Assembly (NCBI RefSeq): GCF_964355755.1
Contig: NC_092675.1
Location: 10,287,812 to 10,351,811, forward strand
Direction: 5' to 3'
DNA: 64,000 nt
Source: Antedon mediterranea
Lineage: Eukaryota > Animalia > Echinodermata
A model generated the notes under the pieces. That model was given only the letters and a program-made list of their open reading frames with translations, was not told the DNA's origin and did not search any database. Position 1 is the stretch's first letter. Every line of letters starts with the position of its first letter. This document shows, in pieces, positions 13,114 through 26,894 of the stretch. Made by a program: the position numbers and the translations under genes.

Positions 13114-16100
13114 GGCGTCATCTACAAATTATTTCAGACCACAAATCAGCGTCCAGACGCGTTTTCTATTGTTTACCCAAAAACACATCTCAAAACCCTT
13201 CTGATTTGGCTGCGTCTAGACGCCAATATGCATGTTCGACTATGGCCCCGCCCCTGTATACGGCTGACTGCACATTGTTATACTGTGTACTGGTGTTAAA
13301 GCGCTACATACAAGTGAATTCATTGAGAGCGTGATATTAAATTATTATTTAGAACCGGCAGTAAGACAAACAAATCAGTACAGGTATACCCTTTTACCGC
13401 CGACAGAGTATACTGTAAAGCGCAAATTTTCGTTTCTATTTATTCGCGACCTTTTATTTTTGCGATTTTATTTTTCTTGTGCTAAAGAGTCCATTTACCA
13501 CATGCAAAAACGTTAAAGTTAACTTTTGGAACATGGAATCACTCAAACTATTGACCTACAGTACAGAAAGAAAATACTGCAACTTTACCTACGAAGTAGC
13601 TTCGTAGGCTACGTTGTTGGCTTTGTAGGTTCCATTGTTTGGCTTTGTAACCTCAATAAACAACTTTCAATGAGCTACGTTCTGAACTTCGTAGGGAGTT
13701 CGTAACCTAAATAAACAACCCTACGATGTTCTTAGTGAAGAAAGAAGGTGTGAAATGAATGTGTTAAATTTAACTGCCGGAGGACCAAGTTGTAAATATA
13801 TAATATTTTTTAATCGTAATCGTTTCCTTTGTGCGTGTTTACCTACTCAACGGCGAATATAAATATAAATTTCCCACGATGTAAACGTAGAGACACGCGA
13901 TCCAACACAGGTGACCCTCAACGAACAGGCCAATTAATAAACATATTATAGCGAACGTCCAGTCCATCCAGAACGATGCCGAGAAAAAAAGATCGTAAAC
14001 AATTCATTCTAAATATAGTATCAGAACATTTTCAGTCAGTCGCTCAAAATTTCGCTCAAAAAGACTGCCGACAGAAGACCGTAATAAATACAGACCTAGT
14101 TTTTTTGGTCACATGGCATGAAACGCGATACTCTGGTGGCTGCCGTCTGATGATGATAAAACAGTAATTAAGATCGTGTACCTGGATTTTGTGTCACATG
14201 ACATGAAACATAATACTCTCTCTCTAGCTCTAAACTGCTCACATGTTTTTTCCCCTCCAAATTCTGGTTGAGCCTTTTTCTTTACACATTTTAAAAGGCC
14301 TAGGCCCTAGGCCTATGTTAAATCTTAATATGGAATATATATTTATTTTTCATATCCTAGCCTACCCTTTGCAAAAAAACCGTATACGAACGTATACGAT
14401 TTACCATGGAGTAACATACGTTTCGTATATGTTTCGTATAGGAAGTCCACTTCGTATACGAAACGTATACGTCAATTCGGAAGTTCCTGCCCGCATAATA
14501 AACATATACGAACCGTATACGATCATTTATAAACAATTTCCTAATTATACGCTCCGTATATGATCCGTATACGACGACGCGTGTATACAAACTGCATCGT
14601 ATTACCAAGCGAAAAGGGACTGTCCCTCTTTTTACAAGACGACGATAGCATACGTTTACGATCGCAGGAGCATCTTGACTTCAATAATTAGTGTACAATT
14701 TAGTTTTTTTTCAGTCGGTATATGTACATTAAATTCCCTATGATGATTTAGTTCATAGTTTTCGCGAATGAAAATTTGGTGCTGTCTTTTACTAGACGTT
14801 GTTTTTCTAGCAAGCATAAAAACCCACCCAGGCTGTTCTGCCTTGTTTATCCCCTCTGCTATTTCTTTACCTTTTGTATGTTCCATTAATAATTGAATCA
14901 CACAAAATGTGCTGTTATTAATTTGAAAGTGCTTTAAATAATATTAATGTACTTGGAAATAAATAAGTAAATATTAAATTGGGCCCGCAGTATATTAAAT
15001 TTAAAACGAGTAAGTAAAATCCATAAATTACGATTTAATAAAAATGTAGAATACATGTGGCTCCCTATTATATATATGGAATGATCCAAATAAATTCGCC
15101 CAAAACGTGCCTGTGTTATGTGCCCTGCATGCATGCATCACATGGATGGATCAGATTTCATTCATTTTCAATCATCATTGTTGATTTTTTGGCTACGGGT
15201 TTTGACTCACCATAAAAAAAAAAAATAAAAAATGGGATGTAGGCCTAGTTACAGTAGGCCCAGGTAGATAGTAAATTCGATGACTTCTAGCTAGCTAGGC
15301 TATTATATAGGCATATTGTAATTGTATATATCGAATATGCAGTATATAGCTACTGCAGCAGCTCTAGTAAACTAAGAGTTAACTAGGCCTGGGGAAAATA
15401 CGCCAAGGAAAAGAGTCTGTGGTACACTCATTGTGAAAATAAGCTAGCTAGCTTTCCCCCATATATTAGATTTGGTTATATTGTATTATTTTAATAACCT
15501 ACTCTAGCTAGTAGTATATCAACAACGGTGAAATGGAAATACGATGCATTATGGATATCATCGTTGCAGAGTTAGGGGGTGCCAACAAAACATTACACAG
15601 CCAGAAATACAAAAAAGAAGCTCCGACGTTTTTATTTAGAGCATTTTACTATTTTAGGCATACAGAACTAATTGCTGTAAATTTCCTAGAGTTGTCACTG
15701 ATAAATACAATTTAACATAACCTACATATAACTTAAAAAATCCAAATGATAAATTGTACGCGAACGCAGTAAAACCAACCAGTTAAATGTTTGTTAAATA
15801 ATTATTTTACGTCTCCCTGGTAAAATGGTACCCTACGCCCCCATTTTTATGCCTCCATCATTGACAAGCCCCCTCTGTACACACGCCTGCCGGCTATTTG
15901 TTTATCATTTTAATGAATGTAGTACGTACGAGTCTAACTCCAAATAAAGATATAGAACACATTTTAAGAAGTGTTGATCTTTTTAATAAGAATCTGATAT
16001 ATACCATGAATCATGTTTTTACATAATATACAGCATAAGCATGTACAATCCAATTTAATTGTCACACAATTGAATTAACAAAGGACAAGGATTTCAAATA

Positions 16101-17814
16101 AACTGTTACAAATAAACAATTATTAATGAAATAGTTGGGGTATTGTTGGGTCCATGGGAAATCAACAATGTTTAGTAGACTTATTTAATTTGTTATTTAA
16201 AGTTGAGGGTAGTTATTTTTTAAACAATTATTGGAATACCATGAAAATAAAGAAAGATATGTTTTATGATTTCTTAATCTCCAAGCAGAAATAATGAAAG
16301 CAATTCAATCTGTTCGCTACCGGGAATAAATTGAGATTCGATATAATTGTATTTACTATCACCACAAATTGTGTTTTTTTTTTATTCATATATAATTCAT
16401 AATTCATACAATTTATATATATTCAAAATCCGAATGTATTCATCGTTAAATAATAATTATTATAATGACCTTATTTCTGTTTTGGGTCATGGTTTTCCTC
16501 TTCGGCATTGCCGAATTATTGTTACTCCATCTCCATTGCTACAACCATGGAGAAATCTCCATGCTACACAACACACGTCGCGGAATAATATCGCTTAACA
16601 TAACGATGTAATTTGACCACCCAAAGCTCGCACGTGGCGTGACGAATTGAGAACGACGAACCCGATGATTCACCCGATGATATGCATGATTGGCCACCAG
16701 GGAGCCGAGTCGACCACGAGTTGGAACTGTAGGCAACCGAGCGACGCTCGGTCGTCGTCGGCGGCTGCACTTACTGACCTCTGTCATATTTTATAAAGGA
16801 AAACTGCAAACAACATCGTCGATTTGTGAAAATGGCCCCTTGTTTTTTCTAGGCCTACCTAGTAGTATACCTGTTTAGCGTACTTTATTTACTTGCGAAA
16901 AACGTTGTTTGAATTTTATCGGTAGCCTAGGCTATCTAATAAATATAGAAATAAATATGATGCTCCTACTACTTATTAATAATTAATACTACTAGACTAG
17001 GCCTATCTAATGGCTGGTGCTAGCTAGAGGCCTAGCCCTAGGCCAGAGCCTACGTACGTATTTGTTGTAATGACAATTTAAATGTTTTATTTAGCTCTAT
17101 TCTACTCATTACTGCTATTATAATTTATAAAATGGCCTAGTTTGTTCGTATATGATTCGTATACGTCCCGTATACGATATTCTTATCATGAATAAACAAC
17201 GTATACGTTACGTATGCTAAACGTATACGACGCCAACTCTTTGTGGAGCAACAGAGTGGAAATAATGTAAACAGTGAAATCGTATACGATCCGTATACGT
17301 CGTATACGTTTTCAGCGTATACGGATCGTATACGGCTTTTTTGCAAAGGGTAGGCCTAGGTGTCATTGTTTTTATAATTCGCTAACCCAAGGTAGGAGCG
17401 TTAAATAATTTATAGGCCTAGTGTAGGCCGCCGAAACTAGGCTAGCCTAGACTTTCTTTCTCTCTGCATGAGCTGAGGTTCACAGGCCCGATGTCGTCTC
17501 ATCGGCGAATTTCCGTCCAAATTAGGATAACCTAGGCCTAGTCTCAGATTTGTTGGTTCTGTGAAATGATACCAATGTTGTTTCACCATACAAGCAATAC
17601 AGACGGGTTTTAATCACTCAGACGCGTTTTCTATTGTTTTACCTACTAACAGCGAAGACGGGTTTTAATCACAGACGCGTCTTCGCCACGATTGGGTAGC
17701 TCATGAATATTCATAATAGATCGTTAATGAGGTTCAGCATTGGACAGACGCGTCTGATGGGTTGCAAGTTTTCAGACGCGTCTCTGTGGTCTGAAATAAT
17801 TTGTAGATGACGCG
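13114..17814. mobile_element. Non-autonomous Harbinger-type element (4.7 kb including nested inserts)
   Basis: TIRs GCGTCATCTACAAATTATTTCAGACCAC / GTGGTCTGAAATAATTTGTAGATGACGC; TTA on both flanks; subterminal CAGACGCGT repeats. Confidence 0.8.
14365..17350. mobile_element. Non-autonomous TIR element, EnSpm/CMC-like
   Basis: TIRs CCCTTTGCAAAAAA / TTTTTTGCAAAGGG; 2-bp TA flanks; arrays of palindromic CGTATACG subterminal repeats at both ends. Superfamily is inferred. Confidence 0.7.
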
Positions 17815-17982
17815 TTAAATGTATAATATTCTGAGAAACATAATTATCGTTAAAGCTTTTAGCATAATTCATGCTCATGGGGACTTAAAAGCAGATGTCC
17901 TTGTCTATCTGAGTGGTGATATCACATTGATACATTCAACTCATTCAATTACCCGTCTCCTAAGAATGTTATTAACACTCAC

Positions 17983-18076
17983 CAAGCTGGCCAATGATGC
18001 TGGATACCAAACCTAGAGGGCGCATTTCAGCTTTCTCATCAAGAACCATGTTAAGATACTGTATTTCGGGTAACTC
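17983..18076 (-). CDS. NAF1: NAF1-like exon (start of Gar1/Naf1 domain)
   Basis: ttgttacag|...|gtgagt, 94 nt: ELPEIQYLNMVLDEKAEMRPLGLVSSIIGQL, matching the remembered NAF1 pattern ELP.....I.L.....L.PLG.VSSII.QLV. Confidence 0.8.
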
Positions 18077-18830
18077 CTGTAACAAAGTATAGAACATGAT
18101 TAAACTGATATGATCAAAAATATAATCAACTATTACAATATGTTCCATTCTCAAAAACTTTTCTTTTAAAACATTTGAACTTAATTATATACAGTAGAAG
18201 CTCTCTTTTGGGGCATCCCTGTGGAGACAAAATTCATTTGAAGGTTAAACAAAAATGTAGGAAAATTATCCATTAAAATTTCGTCTTGGATTTCTTCCCA
18301 CAATCGCGGGAAAATATGAATTACTGATTGATGCAGGCAGTTAGTCCGTACATAAAAGTGTCTGAAATGACGTGCATTGATGCAAACATTTTTACGGATA
18401 CTTTCACAATCTATGTACCAATCTCGGTGATTCCACCACGCTCACAATCTATGTACCCCATTAGCGTTTTATAGAGAAACACTAAGAAAACCGTTCGGAG
18501 CCACCGGTAGCCCAGCAACCCAGCGAGGGGGAGATGTCTCCCTGAGAAAACCCACACCGCCGGGCCACACCCCTTAAATTGCGTGTGTGAAGCAAAGCAA
18601 AGCTCTCGGTGATTCCACCACGCTCGGTTTCGCGCTAAGTACACCTCATCACTCACTTTTTTTTTTGGCTTATCTTAAATGACGAAGTAAGGGCTTATCT
18701 TAAATGATGAAATAACATATTTCTTTTAGTTTGTTTTCCATATCTATTACCAATCGAGTTCTTAAAAATTGATGAAAACTATTTATAGCTTTTTCTTCAC
18801 TCTAAATAATATTATTAAATGAGAACTTAC

Positions 18831-18894
18831 ATCAACTTTAATTTCTTTGCCTGTCATAAGTGGTGGTGGTGGTACGGTTAATTTCTCTGCAGTT
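18831..18894 (-). CDS. NAF1: NAF1-like exon
   Basis: ttgttttag|...|gtaagt, 64 nt, phase 2 to 0: TAEKLTVPPPPLMTGKEIKVD. Joins both neighbouring exons in frame and corresponds to the P.KTKDE segment preceding ELP in NAF1. Confidence 0.75.
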
Positions 18895-19345
18895 CTAAAA
18901 CAAATAAAACTAATAAAATTAAAACACTATAATACCGTAAAACCTCCAAAAGAAGCCCATGGGCTTCTTTTTTTAGGACTCTTGGTTGGGCTTCTTTTTA
19001 AGATGGGCTTCTTTTCGAGACTGGCTCCTTTTCAAGATGGACTTCTTTTCGATGTTACTTTTGCAAACTGAGATGGGCTTCTTTTCGATATGGGCTTCTT
19101 TAGGGAAGAATCTCAGGGGATTTCATTTCGAGGGTTTAATTTAATTTATGTTTATGTAGGATTTTCTTTCTTTCAATGTATAATTTTTTACGAATTGTAA
19201 TACAATATTAGACACGTTCTGAAATTCGTTGTAGTATAATTACCATTAGTGAAAGATGGTTAGTGTTTTAATACTTTCTTTAATTTAATTATAATATATA
19301 ATATATATATAACTCAATATAGATTACAATAATATGGATTTTTAC

Positions 19346-19476
19346 CTTTTCCCAAGCTGCTCCTCCTCATCACTGTAATCATCATCATCATCATCATCTT
19401 CTGATGAACTTATCTCAGATGAAGACAATTCTGATTCATTGCTAGAATCCACATTACTGGAGGAGCATGATACAGA
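19346..19476 (-). CDS. NAF1: NAF1-like Ser/acidic exon
   Basis: ttttcag|...|gtaaaa, 131 nt, phase 0 to 2: SVSCSSSNVDSSNESELSSSEISSSEDDDDDDDYSDEEEQLGK, a Ser/Asp tract typical of the NAF1 N-terminus. Confidence 0.75.
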
Positions 19477-21606
19477 CTGAAAAAAAAAACAAATTTACAT
19501 TCTTAGTGTTATGTTGTATTATTCATTCTGCTTAATATCAATCTGTTTGTTTAAATTAGGTTATATGCATTATCATGCATATACTAGCAGTAGCAGTAAG
19601 CCGGTGCTCCACATGGTCTTTTTCCGCCTTAATATAATACAAGCACACTCTGATAAAAGTACTTTGACAAATTATTGGAAAAAAAACAAATTGTATCAAG
19701 AAAAAATGTTTACGGCCATTGATTTTGTATACACACTATCCTTTCATTTTGAAATATATGTAAATAAACTAAAAAATGAAAGCAATACTGGATATGGAAC
19801 TTCTGACTGTTCAGACTTTTATGAAAATAAAAGACCCTAAAGAAAAATTGTGCTGTGTGAATTAGATAATGTGCGCAACACCTTATAAAATGCCAAAATA
19901 TATTAATTATTATTTTGGGTATTTTTCATGGTGATAATTATTTGATACACATGAAATAAAAAAGTAGACATAAATCGAATGAAAAACACATTGCTACGGA
20001 AAAACGAATTGTTAACTTGTTTTCTTGTTCAATCAAACCATTTGGAATCGTTTTGTTTGAGTGTGTGTTCATTTTTATTCATTTACAATTTTTTTTTTTT
20101 ATTTCAATGGTTTTGATATTTTGCAATGTTTTTTGTGTGGGAGATTTGTTAATACCTATTTGCTATTTTTATAATTAAATTGTGGTCTAGCAGTAACCCG
20201 GCCCCAAACAAATTAAATTGTCAAGAATAAAATTCGGAACTATTTACGGACATTGATTTTGTTATAAACAAAGTACGTCGAAACATGACACCCTTTTGGA
20301 TTTGTTTTATTTTTGTGTGTTTTTTTGTTAACTTACATTTTTTTTTATTTCAATGGCTTTTTATACTTTGCAATTTTTTTTTGTGGTTGGTATCTTTTTT
20401 GCTAGTTTTGTAATTACATTGTGATCTAGTTTTGATTTTTTTGCTTTAAGCGGTAATACATATTTACACATATCATGGATTCCAGATCGAACGTACTAAG
20501 CATTTATATCAATGGCCACAACGTTTGACTCACTGAGCAAAACCGTGATTTACGAAAATAATTCTGTTCAAAGGATAGGTGTAATTAATTAAAACTTTAA
20601 CAACGCGATCATTCGATACAGTTGACCGGCTGCCAAGCATACACTGTCTTAATTTTTCGGCCCGGCATGGTATTTGTAGATCTGGCCATGGCAGTACACA
20701 ATAGGAGGATGTTGCGTAGTTTATACAGTGACGTAACATGGTCGCTGAGACGTCAAATTACTGTCATTTTTTGCCTTTTTAACTGTTTATCCTTAAAATT
20801 CAGGATAAAGTGACATACAGGTAGTCTATTGTGTACAGCCCCTCAATAAACATCAGTGTGCCAAATGTGAGCATGTACAGTACCATTCATTGGTTTCGGA
20901 GGATTAAAATTACGCAAACAATTTAATAGCATTAATATATGGATAATCTTATTGATTTTGTCAGAATCTTTATGTTGTGATTCGATTTGAGTATGATCCG
21001 CTATTGAATAGGTTAGCTTCAACCAAGCAGATTTGAGCGTGTGAGGCCCGCCTCTATGAAGGGATAACCGACGCAGAAATTATTCAGACACACTGTGTTG
21101 GTTGCCACACAAGACTTCATTCATCTCCTTCCGTATGTGCATATATTCACGTTATTCTTACAAGAACAAAAAAACCCTGAATCGAATAACTATGTTAACT
21201 TGTACATGTACATCATAAGCACCTTTCAACCATTATAATCGACGATTATAATGGTATAAAATGTTCAAAGAATCATCGTAACATTGATAAATAGAATTAA
21301 ATACTTCTTAGACTTAGTACATAATAACTTTCTGAAAATTAAAAGTCTTCTACCGACGGCAACAAACAACAAGCCTTATAACGGAAGAGACTCATGGTAT
21401 GCAAATTAAGTTTACATTCCAACGCACGCCACCAACCAATTCTGATATAGCAAACAGAATCGAACCGTGACATATTCCCCGCTTGAAGGACCCTTTTGAC
21501 CCAAAAAGGCGGAAAAATAATTTAAGCAATGCAAATTAGTTCTGTAAACTAGCCATAGGCAACCGGTGAGGATTTCGATGCATACTTTAACTGTGTAAAA
21601 CATTCA

Positions 21607-22624
21607 GGAACTACAATGAAACTACATTGTCAACGTTATTAAATTCGAAACTACAGTGAAACTACACTGTCAACGTTATTACTGGAAACTACACTACAGT
21701 GAAACTACACTGTCAACGTTATTACTGGAAACTACACTACAGTGAAACTACACTGTCAACGTTATTACTGGAAACTACACTACAGTGAAACTACACTGTC
21801 AACGTTATTACTGGAAACTACACTACAGTGAAACTACACTGTTAACGTTATTACTGGAAACTACACTACAGTGAAACTACACTGTCAACGTTATTACTGG
21901 AAACTACACTACAGTGAAACTACACTGTCAACGTTATTACTGGAAACTACACTACAGTGAAACTACACTGTTAACGTTATTACTGTGAAACTACACTGTT
22001 AACGTTATTACTGGAAACTACACTACAGTGAAACTACACTGTTAACGTTATTACTGGAAACTACACTACAGTGAAACTACACTGTTAACGTTATTACTGG
22101 AAACTACACTACAGTGATACTACACTGTTAACGTTATTACTGGAAACTACACTACAGTGAAACTACACTGTTAACGTTATTACTGGAAACTACACTACAG
22201 TGATACTACACTGTTAACGTTATTACTGGAAACTACACTACAGTGAAACTACACTGTTAACGTTATTACTGGAAACTACACTACAGTGATACTACACTGT
22301 TAACGTTATTACTGGAAACTACACTACAGTGAAACTACACTGTTAACGTTATTACTGGAAACTACACTACAGTGATACTACACTGTTAACGTTATTACTG
22401 GAAACTACACTACAGTGAAACTACACTGTTAACGTTATTACTGGAAACTACACTACAGTGAAACTACACTGTCAACGTTATTACTGGAAACTACACTACA
22501 GTGAAATTACACTGTTAACGTTATTACTGGAAACTACACTACAGTGAAACTACACTGTTAACGTTATTACTGGAAACTACACTACAGTGATACTACACTG
22601 TTAACGTTATTACTGGAAACTACA
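21607..22624. repeat. 43-bp tandem repeat array, left part
   Basis: Unit GGAAACTACACTACAGTGAAACTACACTGTTAACGTTATTACT, period 43, roughly 23 units; degenerate units at the left edge. Confidence 0.97.
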
Positions 22625-23855
22625 TTAAGCGTCACACCCTCATAAATTTTCAGGGGCGGGGGGACGGTTTTTTTTTTTTTTTTTACTTTTTATAGAGGTA
22701 TATTTTTGCGCGGTGGACGTTTTGCCCCACTTTTTTTAGGACGAAACGTCAAACTTTTAAAATGCGAAACAGAACAAAATTGACTATGTATGAAATATTA
22801 TTGCTTATGACAAAATTGAGTTTTGTATTGTTCATATCCAGACGTAATTAAAACATTAAATTTAATTGCCACCAAGCGAAATTGTAGGCCCTAGGCTAAC
22901 TAATCCGTCCAAGCTGCTACCCCCACCTCACTCATCGGCCATCCGCCGTTTCTCGCTCGACTCATCTATCCAGGAAATTCCCTATCACGAGAAGCATGAT
23001 TTGGTCTCAATAATACTAAATAGTGGGCTGATTTATAGTTTGAAAACAGCTTACGGCATTTCTTAAGTGAATTTTTATTCAACGTATTCATTCTTCTTTG
23101 ATGAATCCTTTGCCAATTGCTGTGTAAATCAGTATTTAAAGTTGTGATGCAAAAAGTGTATGTAATTATTCCACAGATAAACCAGGCATAAGGAAACCCA
23201 TCGCCCAACAGGACCGCGTGGTGTGCCGATCTCGAGCGCGAGATCATCGTAAACAAACTTGGTAGAGTCCATTATGTATGGGGTGTTTCCTATTTACGAA
23301 CCTATAAAAAAACGCGCTTCGACCACTGTGTAGGCAAAATATTTATTTCGTTAAATCCCTAAATTGATAATCGCGTATTCTGTAATCACGTGACTGATGA
23401 TGTAATCCTCAGCGACGTACTAAATGCACCTGATTTAATGTGTTGGGGAAAAAGCTTGCTGTTTACCACATTACATGATTCACGGTGCTATTCGCGTTTC
23501 CTTGACGTAAATCGGCGGCGTGTAAATGAAACAATTGTTTTCACCAAATTGCCGTTGTCGACATAGAGCGATCGGCGGCTAGCGTTGTCTAAGCTAAAAA
23601 GTACGTATTTTTCCAAAATTACACTAGCCTAACAAACATTTGCTAGTTTTGAAATTTTCAAATAGCACTTTATGAAGAATCTACTAGCAAAATCCTAGTT
23701 TGCTAGCGTGAATTTCGAGCCCTACTCTGGAGCTGGGCCGGGCCGCTGAACTTTCCGTTGTATATCGGTAAAAAAAAAATAAAAATAAAAAGAGAGGCGG
23801 CTGGATAATCAGGAGCGGGCGGTGACGCTTAACAAGTATGTTTTTTTATTTGGCC
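22625..23855. mobile_element. Harbinger-type MITE inserted in the satellite, left outer TIR lost
   Basis: Right end GTGACGCTTAACAAGTATGTTTTTTTATTTGGCC|TTA; left end starts at TTAAGCGTCAC (inner TIR only). Confidence 0.7.
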
Positions 23856-25551
23856 TTATTACTGGAAACTACACTACAGTGAAACTACACTGTTAACGTT
23901 ATTACTGGAAACTACACTACAGTGAAACTACACTGTTAACGTTATTACTGGAAACTACACTACAGTGAAACTACACTGTTAACGTTATTACTGGAAACTA
24001 CACTACAGTGAAACTACACTGTTAACGTTATTACTGGAAACTACACTACAGTGAAACTACACTGTTAACGTTATTACTGGAAACTACACTACAGTGAAAC
24101 TACACTGTTAACGTTATTACTGGAAAATACACTACAGTGAAACTACACTGTTAACGTTATTACTGGAAACTACACTACAGTGAAACTACACTGTTAACGT
24201 TATTACTGGAAACTACACTACAGTGAAACTACACTGTTAACGTTATTACTGGAAACTACACTACAGTGAAACTACACTGTTAACGTTATTACTGGAAACT
24301 ACACTACAGTGAAACTACACTGTTAACGTTATTACTGGAAACTACACTACAGTGAAACTACACTGTCAACGTTATTACTGGAAACTACACTACAGTGAAA
24401 CTACACTGTTAACGTTATTACTGGAAACTACACTACAGTGATACTACACTGTCAACGTTATTACTGGAAACTACACTACAGTGAAACTACACTGTTAACG
24501 TTAATACTGGAAACTACACTACAGTGAAACTACACTGTTAACGTTATTACTGGAAACTACACTACAGTGAAACTACACTGTTAACGTTATTACTGGAAAC
24601 TACACTACAGTGAAACTACACTGTTAACGTTATTACTGGAAACTACACTACAGTGATACTACACTGTTAACGTTATTACTGGAAACTACACTGTTAACGT
24701 TATTACTGGAAACTACACTACAGTGAAACTACACTGTCAACGTTATTACTGGAAACTACACTACAGTGATACTACACTGTTAACGTTATTACTGGAAACT
24801 ACACTGTTAACGTTATTACTGGAAACTACACTACAGTGAAACTACACTGTTAACGTTATTACTGGAAACTACACTACAGTGAAACTACACTGTCAACGTT
24901 ATTACTGGAAACTACACTACAGTGAAACTACACCGTCAACGTTATTACTGGAAACTACACTACAGTGAAACTACACTGTTAACGTTATTACTGGAAACTA
25001 CACTACAGTGAAACTACACTGTTAACGTTATTACTGGAAACTACACTACAGTGAAACTACACTGTTAACGTTATTACTGGAAACTACACTACAGTGAAAC
25101 TACACTGTTAACGTTATTACTGGAAACTACACTACAGTGAAACTACACTGTTAACGTTATTACTGGAAACTACACTACAGTGATACTACACTGTTAACGT
25201 TATTACTGGAAACTACACTACAGTGAAACTACACTGTTAACGTTATTACTGGAAACTACACTACAGTGAAACTACACTGTTAACGTTATTACTGGAAACT
25301 ACACTACAGTGATACTACACTGTTAACGTTATTACTGGAAACTACACTACAGTGAAACTACACTGTTAACGTTATTACTGGAAACTACACTACAGTGAAA
25401 CTACACTGTTAACGTTATTACTGGAAACTACACTACAGTGAAACTACACTGTTAACGTTATTACTGGAAACTACACTACAGTGAAACTACACTGTTAACG
25501 TTATTACTGGAAACTACACTACAGTGATACTACACTGTTAACGTTATTACT
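23856..25551. repeat. 43-bp tandem repeat array, right part
   Basis: Same unit, roughly 39 units, including 27-bp deletion variants. Confidence 0.97.
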
Positions 25552-25699
25552 AGTGAACATGCTTTAACTTTTTAACGCACTTTTTAATTCACAAAAGGCC
25601 TTTGCTCTACCTCGGTCTATCGGAAATCACCAACATTTCCCCGCTTGTGTGTTGGACATGTGGGTAATTTCGTGCAAAGCGGATGCTATTTTAGCATGG

Positions 25700-26100
25700 T
25701 TTTGAATGAAACGCCTGATTAGATTATTCTTAATAGGTTTTCAGCCACGTTGTTGTTCACTATACCAGACATCGTCCATACTTTAGTATGGTTGCTATTG
25801 GAGTGCATATCATCGCAAGCTTCTTTGTGATTGACATAGAAGAATGTCTGAAAACTTTGCAAGGTCACATTTGTTCTCATCCAAACCGATGAATGAACCG
25901 ACAGTTTCAATCACTGTTTTTATCAAAAGTGTATCAACCTCTTTCATGTAATTATCAAATACAACAACATGGCGAAATATCAATGTAACTTGCAAAAATA
26001 CTTGCATAGTCACCATACTGTATGTTTGACAGCCATGTTTACTGAATCCTACTAGTACATGACCATCATGTCTGAACATTAGGTCATATGTTTCCGAGAT
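25700..26100 (-). mobile_element. Possible second decayed Academ-like coding fragment
   Basis: VVVFDNY...FIGLDENKCDLAKF and, in another frame, NHKEA resemble the VFD.Y / NK.DL..FL / HEEAD motifs of these elements. Confidence 0.35.
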
Positions 26101-26894
26101 TTTTCTAAAACTGTTTGTTTTTTGTTGCGGTACTATTAAATTAAACTTAGTTTTAGTATTATGTTTTTAGTATTTTGTAATAAAAATATTACGGCCACCC
26201 TGTAGAACATACAGTGCATTGAGAAAAAACCATGTGCTTGCTGCAAGACGTCATCACCCAAAGTTTTCTTCTTATTGTTTTGCACATACACATCGATGCC
26301 TGCTATTGTCTGGCTGGATGATTGTGTGTTGATTCCTGGTTAATTGTTATAACTTGGCACGGACATTTTGCAGTTTTGCACACAAAATAATTCAATTTGT
26401 GGAACTGTACTTTTATTCCACAAATAATATGATTTTATGTAAGCTGTAATTATTGGTGTATATGAGATATTGGATATTTGATATGAAGTACTGTAAACGT
26501 TTGGAGCGCTAATTTATGCACTCCTTTGATCGTCTTCTTCAACGCCTTGGTTTTACTTTTATTTTAAATCAAGGTCTCATTACTACTTATTACACCTAGG
26601 CTTACTATAATCTATAAATAGGATAGTTCGTATATGATTTGTATGCTGTCCAGTATGCGATATTTGTTATCATGAATAAAAAACGTATACGTACATATGA
26701 TAAGCATATACGACTTTCACTCTTTGTGAAGCAAAAAAGTGGAAATAATGTAAACAGTGAAATTGTATACGATCCGTTTTCAACGTATATGGATCATATA
26801 CTGCTTTTTTGCAAAGGGTGTATGAAATATTAGCCAGTCAATTTAATTAGCAATTATGACGAATCTAATCTAGCAAATTCTAGCCTTGACATAC

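Noticed and set aside
14243-17346. Several short ORFs on both strands
   Set aside because: They arise from CGTATACG repeats and GC-richer TE interiors; no recognisable domains.
21607-25551. CRISPR array or RSS-like (CACAGTG) repeat
   Set aside because: Units are contiguous with no unique spacers and no cas genes, in a eukaryotic context. The motif is TACAGTG, not the RSS heptamer, and there is no nonamer.
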